This document shows, piece after piece, positions 24,951 through 38,185 of a stretch of DNA of 64,000 nucleotides (positions within the stretch are counted from its first letter, which is position 1; every line of letters starts with the position of its first letter). Where the stretch lies: assembly GCF_001194135.2 (NCBI RefSeq), contig NC_068987.1:36222931-36286930 (forward strand), in the 5' to 3' direction. A program made the position numbers and the translations under genes. This stretch comes from Octopus bimaculoides (lineage: Eukaryota). The notes under the pieces are model-generated. The model made no database searches, had not been told where the DNA came from, and worked only from the letters and a program-made list of their open reading frames with translations.

Positions 24951-25766
24951 TCGCAGAGAGAGGGACAGTGAGAAAAAAGACGTGGGTATACGCAGAAACA
25001 TATTCATAGATATGTGTGCATAAACACCTAAATAGGTTAATGTTACGAGATACAAAAATAGATAGAGACACAGATGTACAACTAAGCTACTTAGGTACAG
25101 ACTTACATACATCCTTGTCTTTAAGAGTAAATGACTTAAAGGACTGAATACCCAAATAAAGTATAAATTTGCCATAATTTAATTGATAGTAATCGCAAGG
25201 TTCTGTGACATATCGTATGCACGTTGACTCGCTAAGAAGGATCATCGGAATATACATGTATCTAGTATATATAGCCACACAGAGTAGGTATTCTTTCAGC
25301 CTAGATCGAATGGTGCACAAGCTAACTTTCTAGTTATAAGTGATGATTTGGTATATACTCATTGGTGACTCACATAAATGCATATATTTAATATATTTAT
25401 AGTGCTTATACAGTCCAATGTTCAGTACATATATAAATAAATTAGATAAATAAATTGTATACATATGTTCATACATCGTGCGATGGCTAAATTGTCGCCA
25501 TTCTGTACTTTCAATTTCATGCATGCGCGTTATTTGTTATTGATTTTGTCTACTACACAATATAGTAAATGTCATTTGGGCACCGTCTGTGAGAAAAAAC
25601 AGTATCATGACGCAATTCACTTTGAAAACGACATTCTGTATTGCTTGGCATTCATGCCCGAAGCTCCAGTACGAACAATTCAGAGTGTTTGTGTGTGCAG
25701 TGAATTCGGAAAGAGCTGGATGAGTCTAATGGTGATTACGAAGGTACGAAGGTAGCTTGCAAAACT

Positions 25767-25899
25767 CACTTTTACTCTTTTACTTGTTTCAGTCATTTGA
25801 CTGCGGCTATGCTGGAGCACCGCCTTTAGTCGAGCAAATCGACCCCAGGACTTATTCTTTGGAAGCCTAGTACTTATTCTATCGGTCGCTTTTGCCGAA
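25767..25899 (-). mobile_element. SINE (second subfamily) core and 3' tail
   Basis: GATAGAATAAGTACT...CTGGGGTCGAT core shared with the first family. Tail GGCGGTGCTCCAGCATAGCCGCAGTCAAATGACTGAAACAAGTAAAAG. Homologue at 39430-39560. Confidence 0.8.
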
Positions 25900-26053
25900 T
25901 AAATACAGAAAAAAACAAAACCTGAAAATGTTCAGACGATGTCTATTCAAGTAGTATAAATATAAAGATATTTATATATTAACAGACCAAATTTTAACCG
26001 AGTAGAAAGACATAGAAAATCAAAGAGAAGGTATGCTGTAATACATCGCACAA

Positions 26054-26142
26054 CAAGTACCAGTTGCGTACTGGGGTCAATCTAATCGACTGGCCCCCTA
26101 CCCAAAAATGTCGGGCCTTGTGCTTAGAGTAGAAAAGATGTT
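26054..26142 (+). mobile_element. SINE 3' half
   Basis: AAGTACCAGTTG...CTGGGGTCAATCTAATCGACT...GGCCTTGTGC core. Confidence 0.7.
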
Positions 26143-27544
26143 GATCACCTAAAAATCCAACCAGTAATGGAGGCAAATAAAGATTGCATATATTTGGCCT
26201 CTGTCTTCAGTGTACAGATAAACGATTCGTTTATCACGTAATGTATTTCATAATCCATATTGAACGTGATGTCATTTCACCTTCTACACGCACACACGTG
26301 TATGTGTGTGTTTGTTTGTGTGATATATATATATATATATANNNNNNNNNNNNNNNNNNNNNNNNNNNNNNNNNNNNNNNNNNNNNNNNNNNNNNNNNNN
26401 NNNNNNNNNNNNNNNNNNNNNNNNNNNNNNNNNNNNNNNNNNNNNNNNNNNNNNNNNNNNNNNNNNNNNNNNNNNNNNNNNNNNNNNNNNNNNNNNNNNN
26501 NNNNNNNNNNNNNNNNNNNNNNNNNNNNNNNNNNNNNNNNNNNNNNNNNNNNNNNNNNNNNNNNNNNNNNNNNNNNNNNNNNNNNNNNNNNNNNNNNNNN
26601 NNNNNNNNNNNNNNNNNNNNNNNNNNNNNNNNNNNNNNNNNNNNNNNNNNNNNNNNNNNNNNNNNNNNNNNNNNNNNNNNNNNNNNNNNNNNNNNNNNNN
26701 NNNNNNNNNNNNNNNNNNNNNNNNNNNNNNNNNNNNNNNNNNNNNNNNNNNNNNNNNNNNNNNNNNNNNNNNNNNNNNNNNNNNNNNNNNNNNNNNNNNN
26801 NNNNNNNNNNNNNNNNNNNNNNNNNNNNNNNNNNNNNNNNNNNNNNNNNNNNNNNNNNNNNNNNNNNNNNNNNNNNNNNNNNNNNNNNNNNNNNNNNNNN
26901 NNNNNNNNNNNNNNNNNNNNNNNNNNNNNNNNNNNNNNNNNNNNNNNNNNNNNNNNNNNNNNNNNNNNNNNNNNNNNNNNNNNNNNNNNNNNNNNNNNNN
27001 NNNNNNNNNNNNNNNNNNNNNNNNNNNNNNNNNNNNNNNNNNNNNNNNNNNNNNNNNNNNNNNNNNNNNNNNNNNNNNNNNNNNNNNNNNNNNNNNNNNN
27101 NNNNNNNNNNNNNNNNNNNNNNNNNNNNNNNNNNNNNNNNNNNNNNNTATATATACAGTTCATAAGTGAGGTCCAAATTTTCTCCGTATAGAATGCAATT
27201 GATAGTACTCAAGTGATTTAAACTTGAGCGGGTAAAGAGGTAAATATAGAGATAAGCAAATTAGAGAGAACAATATATAAATTGTATTAAATACATAAAA
27301 AATAAAAACTGTATATATGTATACTTATAAAAAGGTCCAACTTACATAGATTAGAAATGTTATAGAGAACTAGATGAATGAAGGAAAAGTATTACAAATG
27401 GAACAGCTGTTACTGGGGTCTCAGCAGTTCATAATAATATTTGTAGATTGGTTCCATCATAGGATGATACGAGCCTCTAACTTCATGGAAGAGATCTTAC
27501 ATTTGAGATGTTGAATGACCATGGGAATTCACCTCGGATGTTAC

Positions 27545-27652
27545 CACCCAAGGCACAAGTCCGGGTAAGCTTGTTTATAGAGGACCTGCAGTCATCCAAG
27601 CATACCCGCCTCCCTGCCCCAGGCCACCAATGTTATCCGAGGGTTATATATA
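27545..27652 (-). repeat. probable SINE tail fragment
   Basis: GC-richer block resembling an interspersed repeat I recall from octopus. No second copy in the window. Confidence 0.3.
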
Positions 27653-28739
27653 TATATAGATAGATAGATAAATAGATAGATAGATACATACATACATACA
27701 TACNNNNNNNNNNAAATGTATACATATATATATGAATAGATAAATAATAGAAAATGGTTTGAACAACCTATTTTATTTTAAATGAACAGAATATGTTCGA
27801 TACATCTTTACATTGTGTAATCACTATTACCCAACAAAACCGCAACCTTTCAGGTGATTCTGTCAAATAAGTTCTTCGTTCCATGATACTGTCATTACAC
27901 TCAGTGTGATAATGAAAACCCAAAACTGAGTACTATTTTCAGCGATTTGCAGGAAAAACATAGATACTTACTTAAATTTACTACGGGAAAAATTATATAA
28001 AATTTGATATTTTATTTGAAAATCTACCTATATGTATGCAAATATATATTTAGATTTTCCGGACAGAGCCAAAGACTATTGAAAAGCTGGCAAGACGCAA
28101 CGAATTTTTTAGAAAAAATAAGTAAGTAAATGTTTGGAAATCGAAGCGGTTAGTGTGTTAAGTAAATAGGCACTAAAAGAGAATGGCTCTTCTCTGACAC
28201 AATAATAAATATATATGTATACAGAAAGAAAGAGAGAGAGAAGGAGAAATAAAGAAAGAGAGACAGAGAATATGAGAGGTTTAGTTCACTAGTAATCTAA
28301 ACGAATAGGTACGCTGTGTAAGTGCTATAATTGGTCGATCGATAGGTTCCCAAGTTCAACGCTGAGGCTGGAACAAGGGATCCGTAGTAGGCTTCCGAGC
28401 TAGCAGATATATATTAGAGGAAAAGGACAAATAATCAAAGGTAGGACGATTATGTCAAGTCATGTACAATATTTAATTAGAGCAAGGTGCGATCATACTG
28501 AAGAGTTGCGGAGAAATATGTAATTACGTAAGTAGTTGACATCGAACCCCGTCCAAGATTAACCTTTATATTTTGTATCTTTTCATTTGTCTTGCTCGCT
28601 TGCGTTCTGGTGTTTGCTGAGTTTTCTTGAGAACAATGTTTTCTTAGTGGTCAGACCGTAGCTGGTCTTCTTCAAGCAAAAGATATGTTCACTTAGTGGT
28701 CATCTCTCTTATATGTATGTAATTATATATATATATATA

Positions 28740-29624
28740 CTAGCAGAAACACCCCTCATTGATTGGGTTGAAAGAAGCTGCCAAACCTGTACTACCATTC
28801 CCTCTTCAATATCAACCAATCCAGAATTATATATGTCATCGTTGAATGCTATTTCCCTCTCAAAGAATATTAATTGTGCTTGATTTTTGTAGTTTTCCGA
28901 TAAATCAGTTTTATTTTTGTGCCACAAGGTGAATGGATTACTTACTTCACAATTCGGGAGAAGAATTGCAAAAAATCTCTCAATGAAATTGGTGTGCACG
29001 ACACTGAAGACTCAGCCCAATGTTTTATCCCACTGATTGTCATCTAAAAAATGTAAGGCTAAACAGGCTTCTCTATAAGTACGAACAGTTCGACCATCAG
29101 TCATTCTCAGGAAGAAGGAAGTCTGTCCTCTTATTTCATGAAGAAACATTCATACTGACTCGGACGCACAGAGTAAACTCTTCCGATTTTCCTGTCAAAT
29201 AATTTTATACTCCACTTTTTCTTGTATCAATAAAAGTAATAGAGGTTATTACAGTTATACACACAAACACGCACTCACACATACACAGACACAACGGCAC
29301 ACAGGCTGTGTGTATTGTTATATTATTACTATGGCATACCTACAGAAGAGTGCCCTACCGATTTGGTTTCTACCTATGTTTAGGGAAAATGGGTATTTTC
29401 AAATGAAAAGTTGTACAAATATGCTAAGGTGAGATGGAAAAATGACGCCTGACCCCATATATTCTGATGTGGAATACGTGAAACAAGAAAAAAATGTTGG
29501 AGTGAAATCTAAGGTAGCAAATGACAGGAAGCTGACCTTCTACAAATAGAAATATAGAACGAATGTAAAATAATACTTATTAAGTAATGCTTATAGCAAT
29601 ATGAAGTAATAGAACTTATTACAG

Positions 29625-29672
<48 letters not shown>

Positions 29673-31042
29673 TACACATATAGCATACCTACAGAAGAGT
29701 GATCCACCGTTTTTGAAATAAAATGAAGAAATATAATAATCCTATAAAAATTATGTCCCTTAGACATATTATTCATTTTTAATTTGGTTTAATTTGGATT
29801 CCCAGCAAACTTCCTTAAATCATGCAAACGTGATCTTGCAAAAGCACTACAGATTCACTTCCAGAGTTTTCTTGCAAATAGCAAGCTGTCAAGCAAACTG
29901 AAGGATGGCATAATATGTCCAATCTATAAATAAGGAAGCAGAGCAGGCATCATACATCAGCAAAGTTACTCAACGAATAGTCAGTGGGAAATTAATCGGA
30001 TTCCTTAAAAAAAACACTTGCTGAGTGATACCCAGCATGGTTTTTGACCAGGTAGGAACTGACTGACAATGTTCCTACAACACTATGACTAGGTGTTCAA
30101 TCAGTTACTCGATAAAATCAAATGTGGACGTATATGCCTTGACTTTGCAAAACCTTTTGATAAAGTGATCATGGTATGATATCCACAAACTTCACGATTT
30201 TGGCATAACTGGAAAACTTGGAGAGTGGTTACATGACTTTCTGAAAGATAGAAGGGAAACAGGATGGCCAATGGAGCCACCTCATAGGAAACACAAATGG
30301 TGAGTGATGAGTCGGGAGAGATATGCAGTAATATACATCTGGAAGATCCTGGAAGGGATTGTGCCAAATTTTGGCATTGGAATCTACACAACTGTCTGAC
30401 GGGTCGCCACTGCACAGTGCTAAAGATCCCAACAATTCCGTTGCGCTTCAGGACCGGTTACTGCAACAGCCATGCTTTGAAGGGTTCACAGCCTTTAAAT
30501 AATCTCCCACAGAATCTGAGGGACCTACACAAAGTGGTGTAAATATTTTTAAAACAAAACTGGATCTCTTACTGTCGAGAGTCCCAGATGAACCTACCTC
30601 GCTGCAAGAGGAGCTAATGAGAAAAGTGACATCAAACTCACTCATTCACAAAATACCACATGTCAGAAAAGACTCTCAATAAGAACAGTGGAGCAAAACG
30701 GCAGTGCCCCAGCATGGCAATAGCTTTGAGCTGAGACCGATAAAAAAATAAGTGATAGGTTAATCCGATAAAAAATATCTCTTGAGCCCTTCATTTATTT
30801 ATTATTAGACCTTTCATTTATTTTTGAAATCCGATTTTGTACATGTTGGAAAAGAGCCAGTAGCTCTGTCCGGATGACCGCTACCGATTCAGGACCACTT
30901 CCAGTGTCTTCGTCGCGAAATTTTACAAAAGAATTAGCTTTTAGGTTTTATATATACGCTGTAGTTCTTCTTGCTATAGCCGGACAGACAGACAGACAGA
31001 CAGACAAACAAACGCACTTCCATTTTTATATTTATATATAGA
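28740..31042 (-). mobile_element. internally deleted Helitron with both termini
   Basis: 5' A|TCTATATATAAATATAAAAATGG at 31042. 3' ACCC...GGGTGTTTCTGCTAG|T at 28740. Coding remnants 29220-28790: IGRVYSVRPSQYECFF, TYREACL..FLDDNQWDKTL and FFAILLPNCEVSNPFTLW...YNSGLVDIEE (Rep-helicase linker). Confidence 0.75.
29795..30750 (+). mobile_element. CR1-like LINE, 5'-truncated and internally deleted, nested in the Helitron
   Basis: GIICPIYK, QHGF and frameshifted LDFAK(P)FDKV..GITGKLGEWLHDFLKDR. Then a jump to the C-terminal ERYAVIYIWKILEGIVPNFGI...FKTKLDLLLSRVPDEP and an A-rich end. Confidence 0.85.
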
Positions 31043-31112
31043 TATATATATTTATTGATAGATAGATATATATACATTCATTTATTTATACACACACACA
31101 CACACACATATC

Positions 31113-32074
31113 CTAACAATGCATTCCGGCGTTGCCCGGGTATTATGGCCTACAGCCACGTTGTATTATATGTTTCTTTCTTATGGACAGAATCGGCACA
31201 CGAGCAGTGTGAATCAAACAGCTCTTCTTTATAGACATGTTTTTCGGTCAGTTTGTGATCAAGAATGAGGAAAATGTTCACAGAAAAAACAAGTAGAATG
31301 GCAGCTTAGAATAGAATTAAATCCTAATCTTGCCCACCAAATGACCTAGGCTTATGGATTTAAAGAATTGGATGAGGTATGAGGACGTAGAAGTGTCCGT
31401 ATTGTAGAAAGTAAGGTACATGTAAAGAAAGTTGCTTCATTTTGAAAACCATCATCTCTGTAATATTTAGGCAGGCTGCACACTTCAACATCAGTTAAGT
31501 GAAACTGACAATGCTTTTAGGTAAACTATGTTTTGCGTAAACCTAGTATTGATGGAATAAATATGCAAGTCACCTGCACTGATAACTCGAGAGCATGTGA
31601 TAGGTAGTTGTCCATGAGAAAAGCAAGGTATTTGTAAATTGAGATCCACAATTTTTAATGTTTGACGCTGGGCTTTGTTGATTGTCCTAGCGAAGCATAA
31701 TCGCACAGGGAATTGGAGGCACTGAATTGAAATGACACATTTGAGGGAATAAGGGGCATGCGTGGAAAGTATACGATCTCCCCTCGATGACAGTCGGCAA
31801 TAATGGCTGCATATAAGACATGACTTGTCATTGTAGATACAATCAATCTTGTACAATTGCATAGTCGTGGTGGGTCGAAATCCCTCGGCGCACCTTCCTT
31901 TCGGAACGACTAATGCGGTGGCAGTCCTGTGGGTTGCAGAGAGTTGAGAAATTCGACAGTAGCATGTTCATCGATGGTAGTATTAATGAAGACAAATGTT
32001 GAAGCATCTCCAGGAAGAATGTGGAAGAATTCATGGCTTACCTTATCAACGCTTTCATTCCGAGGAGCTACAAT

Positions 32075-32077
<3 letters not shown>
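31113..32077 (-). mobile_element. Helitron 3' part (Pif1-like helicase C-terminus + terminal hairpin)
   Basis: AIVAPRNESVD...EFLNSLQPTGLPPH; PRMPLIPS; LQFPVRLCFARTINKAQRQTL...CFSHGQL...SRV. Hairpin CCCGGGCAACGCCGG followed by TTAG at 31116-31113. Confidence 0.9.
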
Positions 32078-32117
<40 letters not shown>

Positions 32118-33678
32118 NNNNNNNNNNNNNNNNNNNNNNNNNNNNNNNNNNNNNNNNNNNNNNNNNNNNNNNNNNNNNNNNNNNNNNNNNNNNNNNNNNN
32201 NNNNNNNNNNNNNNNNNNNNNNNNNNNNNNNNNNNNNNNNNNNNNNNNNNNNNNNNNNNNNNNNNNNNNNNNNNNNNNNNNNNNNNNNNNNNNNNNNNNN
32301 NNNNNNNNNNNNNNNNNNNNNNNNNNNNNNNNNNNNNNNNNNNNNNNNNNNNNNNNNNNNNNNNNNNNNNNNNNNNNNNNNNNNNNNNNNNNNNNNNNNN
32401 NNNNNNNNNNNNNNNNNNNNNNNNNNNNNNNNNNNNNNNNNNNNNNNNNNNNNNNNNNNNNNNNNNNNNNNNNNNNNNNNNNNNNNNNNNNNNNNNNNNN
32501 NNNNNNNNNNNNNNNNNNNNNNNNNNNNNNNNNNNNNNNNNNNNNNNNNNNNNNNNNNNNNNNNNNNNNNNNNNNNNNNNNNNNNNNNNNNNNNNNNNNN
32601 NNNNNNNNNNNNNNNNNNNNNNNNNNNNNNNNNNNNNNNNNNNNNNNNNNNNNNNNNNNNNNNNNNNNNNNNNNNNNNNNNNNNNNNNNNNNNNNNNNNN
32701 NNNNNNNNNNNNNNNNNNNNNNNNNNNNNNNNNNNNNNNNNNNNNNNNNNNNNNNNNNNNNNNNNNNNNNNNNNNNNNNNNNNNNNNNNNNNNNNNNNNN
32801 NNNNNNNNNNNNNNNNNNNNNNNNNNNNNNNNNNNNNNNNNNNNNNNNNNNNNNNNNNNNNNNNNNNNNNNNNNNNNNNNNNNNNNNNNNNNNNNNNNNN
32901 NNNNNNNNNNNNNNNNNNNNNNNNNNNNNNNNNNNNNNNNNNNNNNNNNNNNNNNNNNNNNNNNNNNNNNNNNNNNNNNNNNNNNNNNNNNNNCCTGGTC
33001 TTCTTTCTACAGTTTCCATCTAGGTCAATAAGAAGGGCTCTCACATTATCCTGATATGTTTTGAGATTATATATTTCATTTTATACTGAGAAGAAAACTT
33101 TTGATCAACGAATAAATTGACTACCATCTGTTATTATTTTTCAATACAAAACTTTAACATTGCTACCAACTGTTCCTGCTACCTATGTCACTCGGTGCTG
33201 CCAAAGAAAATTATGAGAATAATATTCGCCATATTTTATAAAACATCCGATCTGGTACATGGAGCTCCATCAGAATGGATACGAGTACATAATATAAAAG
33301 ATGAGAAGAGGAAAGAGGAAATACCAGGGTCTCGAGATATGGAAAAAAGGCTTATTAAATTAGAATCATACCATTTTTCAGTGTAAAACCTGTTTTTTCC
33401 ATTTTCTGCTTAATTTAAATTTGATTCCGGATAAAATCTTATTTATTTTCTTATTGTCTGTATCCTATGAGCATAATATGCTTGCATATCCAAGCCCAGG
33501 GTTAACATAAATAATTTATACCGTAGTAATAAAGGATATTCTCATCCCTTAGACGTTTATTCCAACCGACATCCGAAACTCGGAGTCTTATTATGGCAAC
33601 CAAATAATTGTAACATATATTACAGATAAATTCCAATATCGAGATGTCATTCGATCTGTTGTTGCCATACTATTACTA

Positions 33679-33728
<50 letters not shown>

Positions 33729-34254
33729 NNNNNNNNNNNNNNNNNNNNNNNNNNNNNNNNNNNNNNNNNNNNNNNNNNNNNNNNNNNNNNNNNNNNNNNN
33801 NNNNNNNNNNNNNNNNNNNNNNNNNNNNNNNNNNNNNNNNNNNNNNNNNNNNNNNNNNNNNNNNNNNNNNNNNNNNNNNNNNNNNNNNNNNNNNNNNNNN
33901 NNNNNNNNNNNNNNNNNNNNNNNNNNNNNNNNNNNNNNNNNNNNNNNNNNNNNNNNNNNNNNNNNNNNNNNNNNNNNNNNNNNNNNNNNNNNNNNNNNNN
34001 NNNNNNNNNNNNNNNNNNNNNNNNNNNNNNNNNNNNNNNNNNNNNNNNNNNNNNNNNNNNNNNNNNNNNNNNNNNNNNNNNNNNNNNNNNNNNNNNNNNN
34101 NNNNNNNNNNNNNNNNNNNNNNNNNNNNNNNNNNNNNNNNNNNNNNNNNNNNNNNNNNNNNNNNNNNNNNNNNNNNNNNNNNNNNNNNNNNNNNNNNNNN
34201 NNNNNNNNNNNNNNNATATATATATATATATACATATATTAGCTGCTTTCTCGT

Positions 34255-34610
34255 ATACGAACAAAGCCATTGCTAGAAAGAATCCCTGAAATGAGTCATC
34301 GGTGATGCAATGTGAGGCCCTTGTATGACTCTTGAGCCCACCGAATGATTTTCACATTCTATTGCAAAGTGCACAGATGTTCTGGCTGGCAGAAGAAGCA
34401 GGTACCACAGTGTCAGCTCTTTTGACATGCCTTTTCAATCCTCCAACTGAAAAGCGCACCTTTCCATAGGTTGTACATGTTTTGTTGTGAACAATAGCCA
34501 AATCCCAATTTATCATTTGACGATTCCTATGAGTTCTGTGATGGCTTACCAGGCCCACATGACTCAAGCACTTCCACCCACAAATCACACACATGAAATA
34601 TCAACTTTCC
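34255..34610 (-). mobile_element. RTE-like LINE 3' end with repeated C2H2-like motifs
   Basis: CVICGWKCLSHVGLVSHHRTH; CTTYGK..SVGGLKRH; CALCNR..SFGGLKSH. Confidence 0.65.
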
Positions 34611-36099
34611 CTCATTTTCCACACAAACACACACACTCACATTTTTCAGGCACATATATGTATGTATAAACGTATGTATGCATGCAAGCATTTATGTAGA
34701 CTATATAGCAGGTTGGCTAAAATATAAGGTGCCTCCTCTTGAAGCACATCTGCTTATTCCATTATTACAATCCAGCATGAATTTGCTGTCCTTCTGCGCA
34801 TGTCTATCTATTAAGTAAAGCTCTGTAATTCGTATTAGTAAGTGAAGCATGTGTAATGGTGAATAAAAGATACCTAAAGATTTTCCAACTATCTTCTTTG
34901 TCAACTGTATGTATATGTATATATTCGAACTATCGAGAAATAACTCTTTCGGTTCACTTAATGTTGTATATAAAGTAAAAGAAAGCACTACATTTTTAAT
35001 ATTCAATTTTTTATGCATTCTATTTGATGTTAAAAGGATAAATATTTTCATTCATTAGAAATTAATTTTAACGAGATGTGTGAGAAAAAACTTTGACAGA
35101 TAAACAAAAATCTAAAATAGACTTGATGTTTTTAAATCTCGACCTCATCAAAATTTGCCGACTCATTGACATAGAGTGAACAAATGATTTGCCAAAATCA
35201 TTTTTTACAGTGTTGACGAAAATTATTGCGTGTATGCTTGAATAAATATTGATTAAATATTTTCAAAACATTTTTTTATTTAAATAAGCGATCATATATT
35301 CAGTGAGATTGAGGTCTTAGTGTCAGATATGTTTTCATGAGTTAAATGTATTTTGATGATGTCATTTTCTTTTAAGCTTCAAGTTAGCGTATGGAAAGTG
35401 AGAAGTCAATTGATATCTGCCACAACTGACTACTTGTTTTACAATATGTTCTTTTTCAATTCTTTTTTCGTTTTCATTAATACTATGTGTTGACACAAGT
35501 TGAATAATTAATTAACCACCACAAAACTAATATTATTACTGGAACAGATCGATTTCAGTCGGTATAATATTTTCATGTTTAAAATATATGTTTAAAAGAC
35601 ATATATGTTTAAAAGATCGATACAGCAGATCGTGTGTACAACTGATTTATTTTCTAATTTTTTTTTTTTAATTAGCGTTTCATTTTTCTACCACTCGTCG
35701 ATGTGTGTGTCAGTGAATTTGATGGGTGTATTTTCCTCTCTCATCACTTACCGCGCCAAAAGATTTTGAATACAATTCTTTCGAAAATATAAACCATTTA
35801 TTTCTTGTGATAACACACCACTCATTTGTTTTTACAGAGATGGCAAAGCTTCCAAAATTATTCTCGTTATACATATTCAGGAAAGTTACAGCACACCAGG
35901 TGATCCACCAATTCCGGTGTAATATGCATTTATTCTAATTCATTTTCATTTATAACGTCTCTCCTTTGGGTTTCGCAAAACCTTTTTTTTCGTTGCTAAC
36001 ATTTCTTGACTCTATGAAAATACTACACTCCAGTTAATTGACTTTATTCACTCTTTTATCAAATGGTTTTATTCAAATTATGTATAATAGAGTTCTTAT

Positions 36100-36237
36100 T
36101 AAGTTAAAATTCCTCAGGTGTCAACATTGCATTTCCTCCTTTCGGACTGATGAATTAAGTGTCAGTTGAACGCTGGAGGCGACGTTCCCCACTCCAGAAA
36201 TTGCTAGTGGGCTTGTGCCAACTTTTGAGACCATTAA
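36100..36237 (+). mobile_element. degraded SINE
   Basis: CCTTTCGG...AAGTGTCAGTTGAACGCTGG...CTTGTGCCAAC core similarity. Confidence 0.6.
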
Positions 36238-38185
36238 ATTGTAGAACTCTTTTCATGTGTGTATGATAAAATAGATGTGCCCTAATTGCGAAAGAAGATA
36301 GAGAAGTGTCCATTGATGTCACTGCAATAACAGGATTAATATTTTACTGTCATGTATGATAACAGATTAAAATCTCGATGTTGATAGGCACTCAGGAATA
36401 TATTTTAACAATTTAAGTAAATAAGTTTCTTCAAGTCTTGTGGAAAAAATTATTTGCCTTCTATTGACACAGCAATACGTCTCGCATATACTTATTCAAA
36501 CGTTATTGAGGAAATAACTTGACCACCAAAGTTTCTTCAGTTACGCGGTCAGGACTGAATAAAATCAAAATACTTTACCAAATTCCGCCTTAATGACTTT
36601 TCCTTTCATCTTGTGTAGGGGCTCTTTCAATAGTTTCGGGAAATATGCATTGTTTCGCGATGTTGACTTGTGTTTAGTCCTTTTGCATGCTGAGTACATG
36701 TTTGGAGAGTCAAATGAGTGTTGCACCTTCGCGAAAAATTCGAAAATAGCAATTGGTCGGTAATCTTTTTGTGCTCAATCCTTGCCTGGTACCGAAAGGT
36801 AGAGTGATCATCTCCTTTGCTCATCTAATTATCAAATCCACTTGAAAATGCAGTGAAGATTTGAAGTGATATCCATTGCTTGATGAGGTCACATTTCTGG
36901 CAAACAAAATGCAACGGGTATATATTTACTGATTCCTTAGGATACGTTATCAATATGTCTTGGATGTTAAAGTAGCAGAAATGATAATAGAATAGACCCA
37001 CATAATTTTTTACGTATATTCTGATAATACTTTCAAACCAATTTAAAAACAAAAATACTTTCATAAAAAAGTCTAGGTGTAATAAGGAGGAAGATAGCGA
37101 CAAATTTAACAGCAATTTATTAATAAAATAATCTGTGTTATCAATCAATTGTTACGCAAAATTGTTATTGAACCAGTGTATTTATACCAAACCACCCGAA
37201 TAAACAGTGCATCTGGATGAACAAAGAGTTGAGCTTAGACTCTTATAGAAATAATTTAGCTCCATAATTAATACAGTACAGAGAATCAACATTTCTGCGA
37301 TAATACAAATAAGCAACAACTAGAAATTTAAAGTTTGAATGATAGTGAAAGGGATAGTAAAACCAGTAAAAAATAAAACACTTCTTTAGACTTACTGAAC
37401 AGGATCTACCAATTTAAAACTATGGTCAAAATGCCAAAGCTTATACATATACATATAAACAGACATGTATATAAATATTTTCTCAAAGAGACATACGTAT
37501 ATCTGGCCGAAACTTCGCAGTCACTGTCGACAACATCTTTGTTTCAGAGTGATAAATTTGTACTCTACAAATGTGTTCAGTAACCCATCACATTAATGTA
37601 AAATTATTTTAATTTTAACTAAACATACAAAANNNNNNNNNNNNNNNNNNNNNNNNNNNNNNNNNNNNNNNNNNNNNNNNNNNNNNNNNNNNNNNNNNNN
37701 NNNNNNNNNNNNNNNNNNNNNNNNNNNNNNNNNNNNNNNNNNNNNNNNNNNNNNNNNNNNNNNNNNNNNNNNNNNNNNNNNNNNNNNNNNNNNNNNNNNN
37801 NNNNNNNNNNNNNNNNNNNNNNNNNNNNNNNNNNNNNNNNNNNNNNNNNNNNNNNNNNNNNNNNNNNNNNNNNNNNNNNNNNNNNNNNNNNNNNNNNNNN
37901 NNNNNNNNNNNNNNNNNNNNNNNNNNNNNNNNNNNNNNNNNNNNNNNNNNNNNNNNNNNNNNNNNNNNNNNNNNNNNNNNNNNNNNNNNNNNNNNNNNNN
38001 NNNNNNNNNNNNNNNNNNNNNNNNNNNNNNNNNNNNNNNNNNNNNNNNNNNNNNNNNNNATATATAAATAGAGAGAGAGAGAGAGAGAGAGAGAGAAGGC
38101 CACAGCCAGAGATAGAGAGAGACAGAAAGATAGAGATAGAGAGAGAAACAACTTGTTTTAAATCTCTGAGCGAGAGATATACAGT

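Noticed and set aside
25465-25755. 96-aa plus-strand ORF with an Asp-box-like SEFGKSW
   Set aside because: A single imperfect motif, a length within chance expectation, and no linked exons.
34701-35051. 116-aa minus-strand ORF
   Set aside because: No recognisable motif and ambiguous splice signals.
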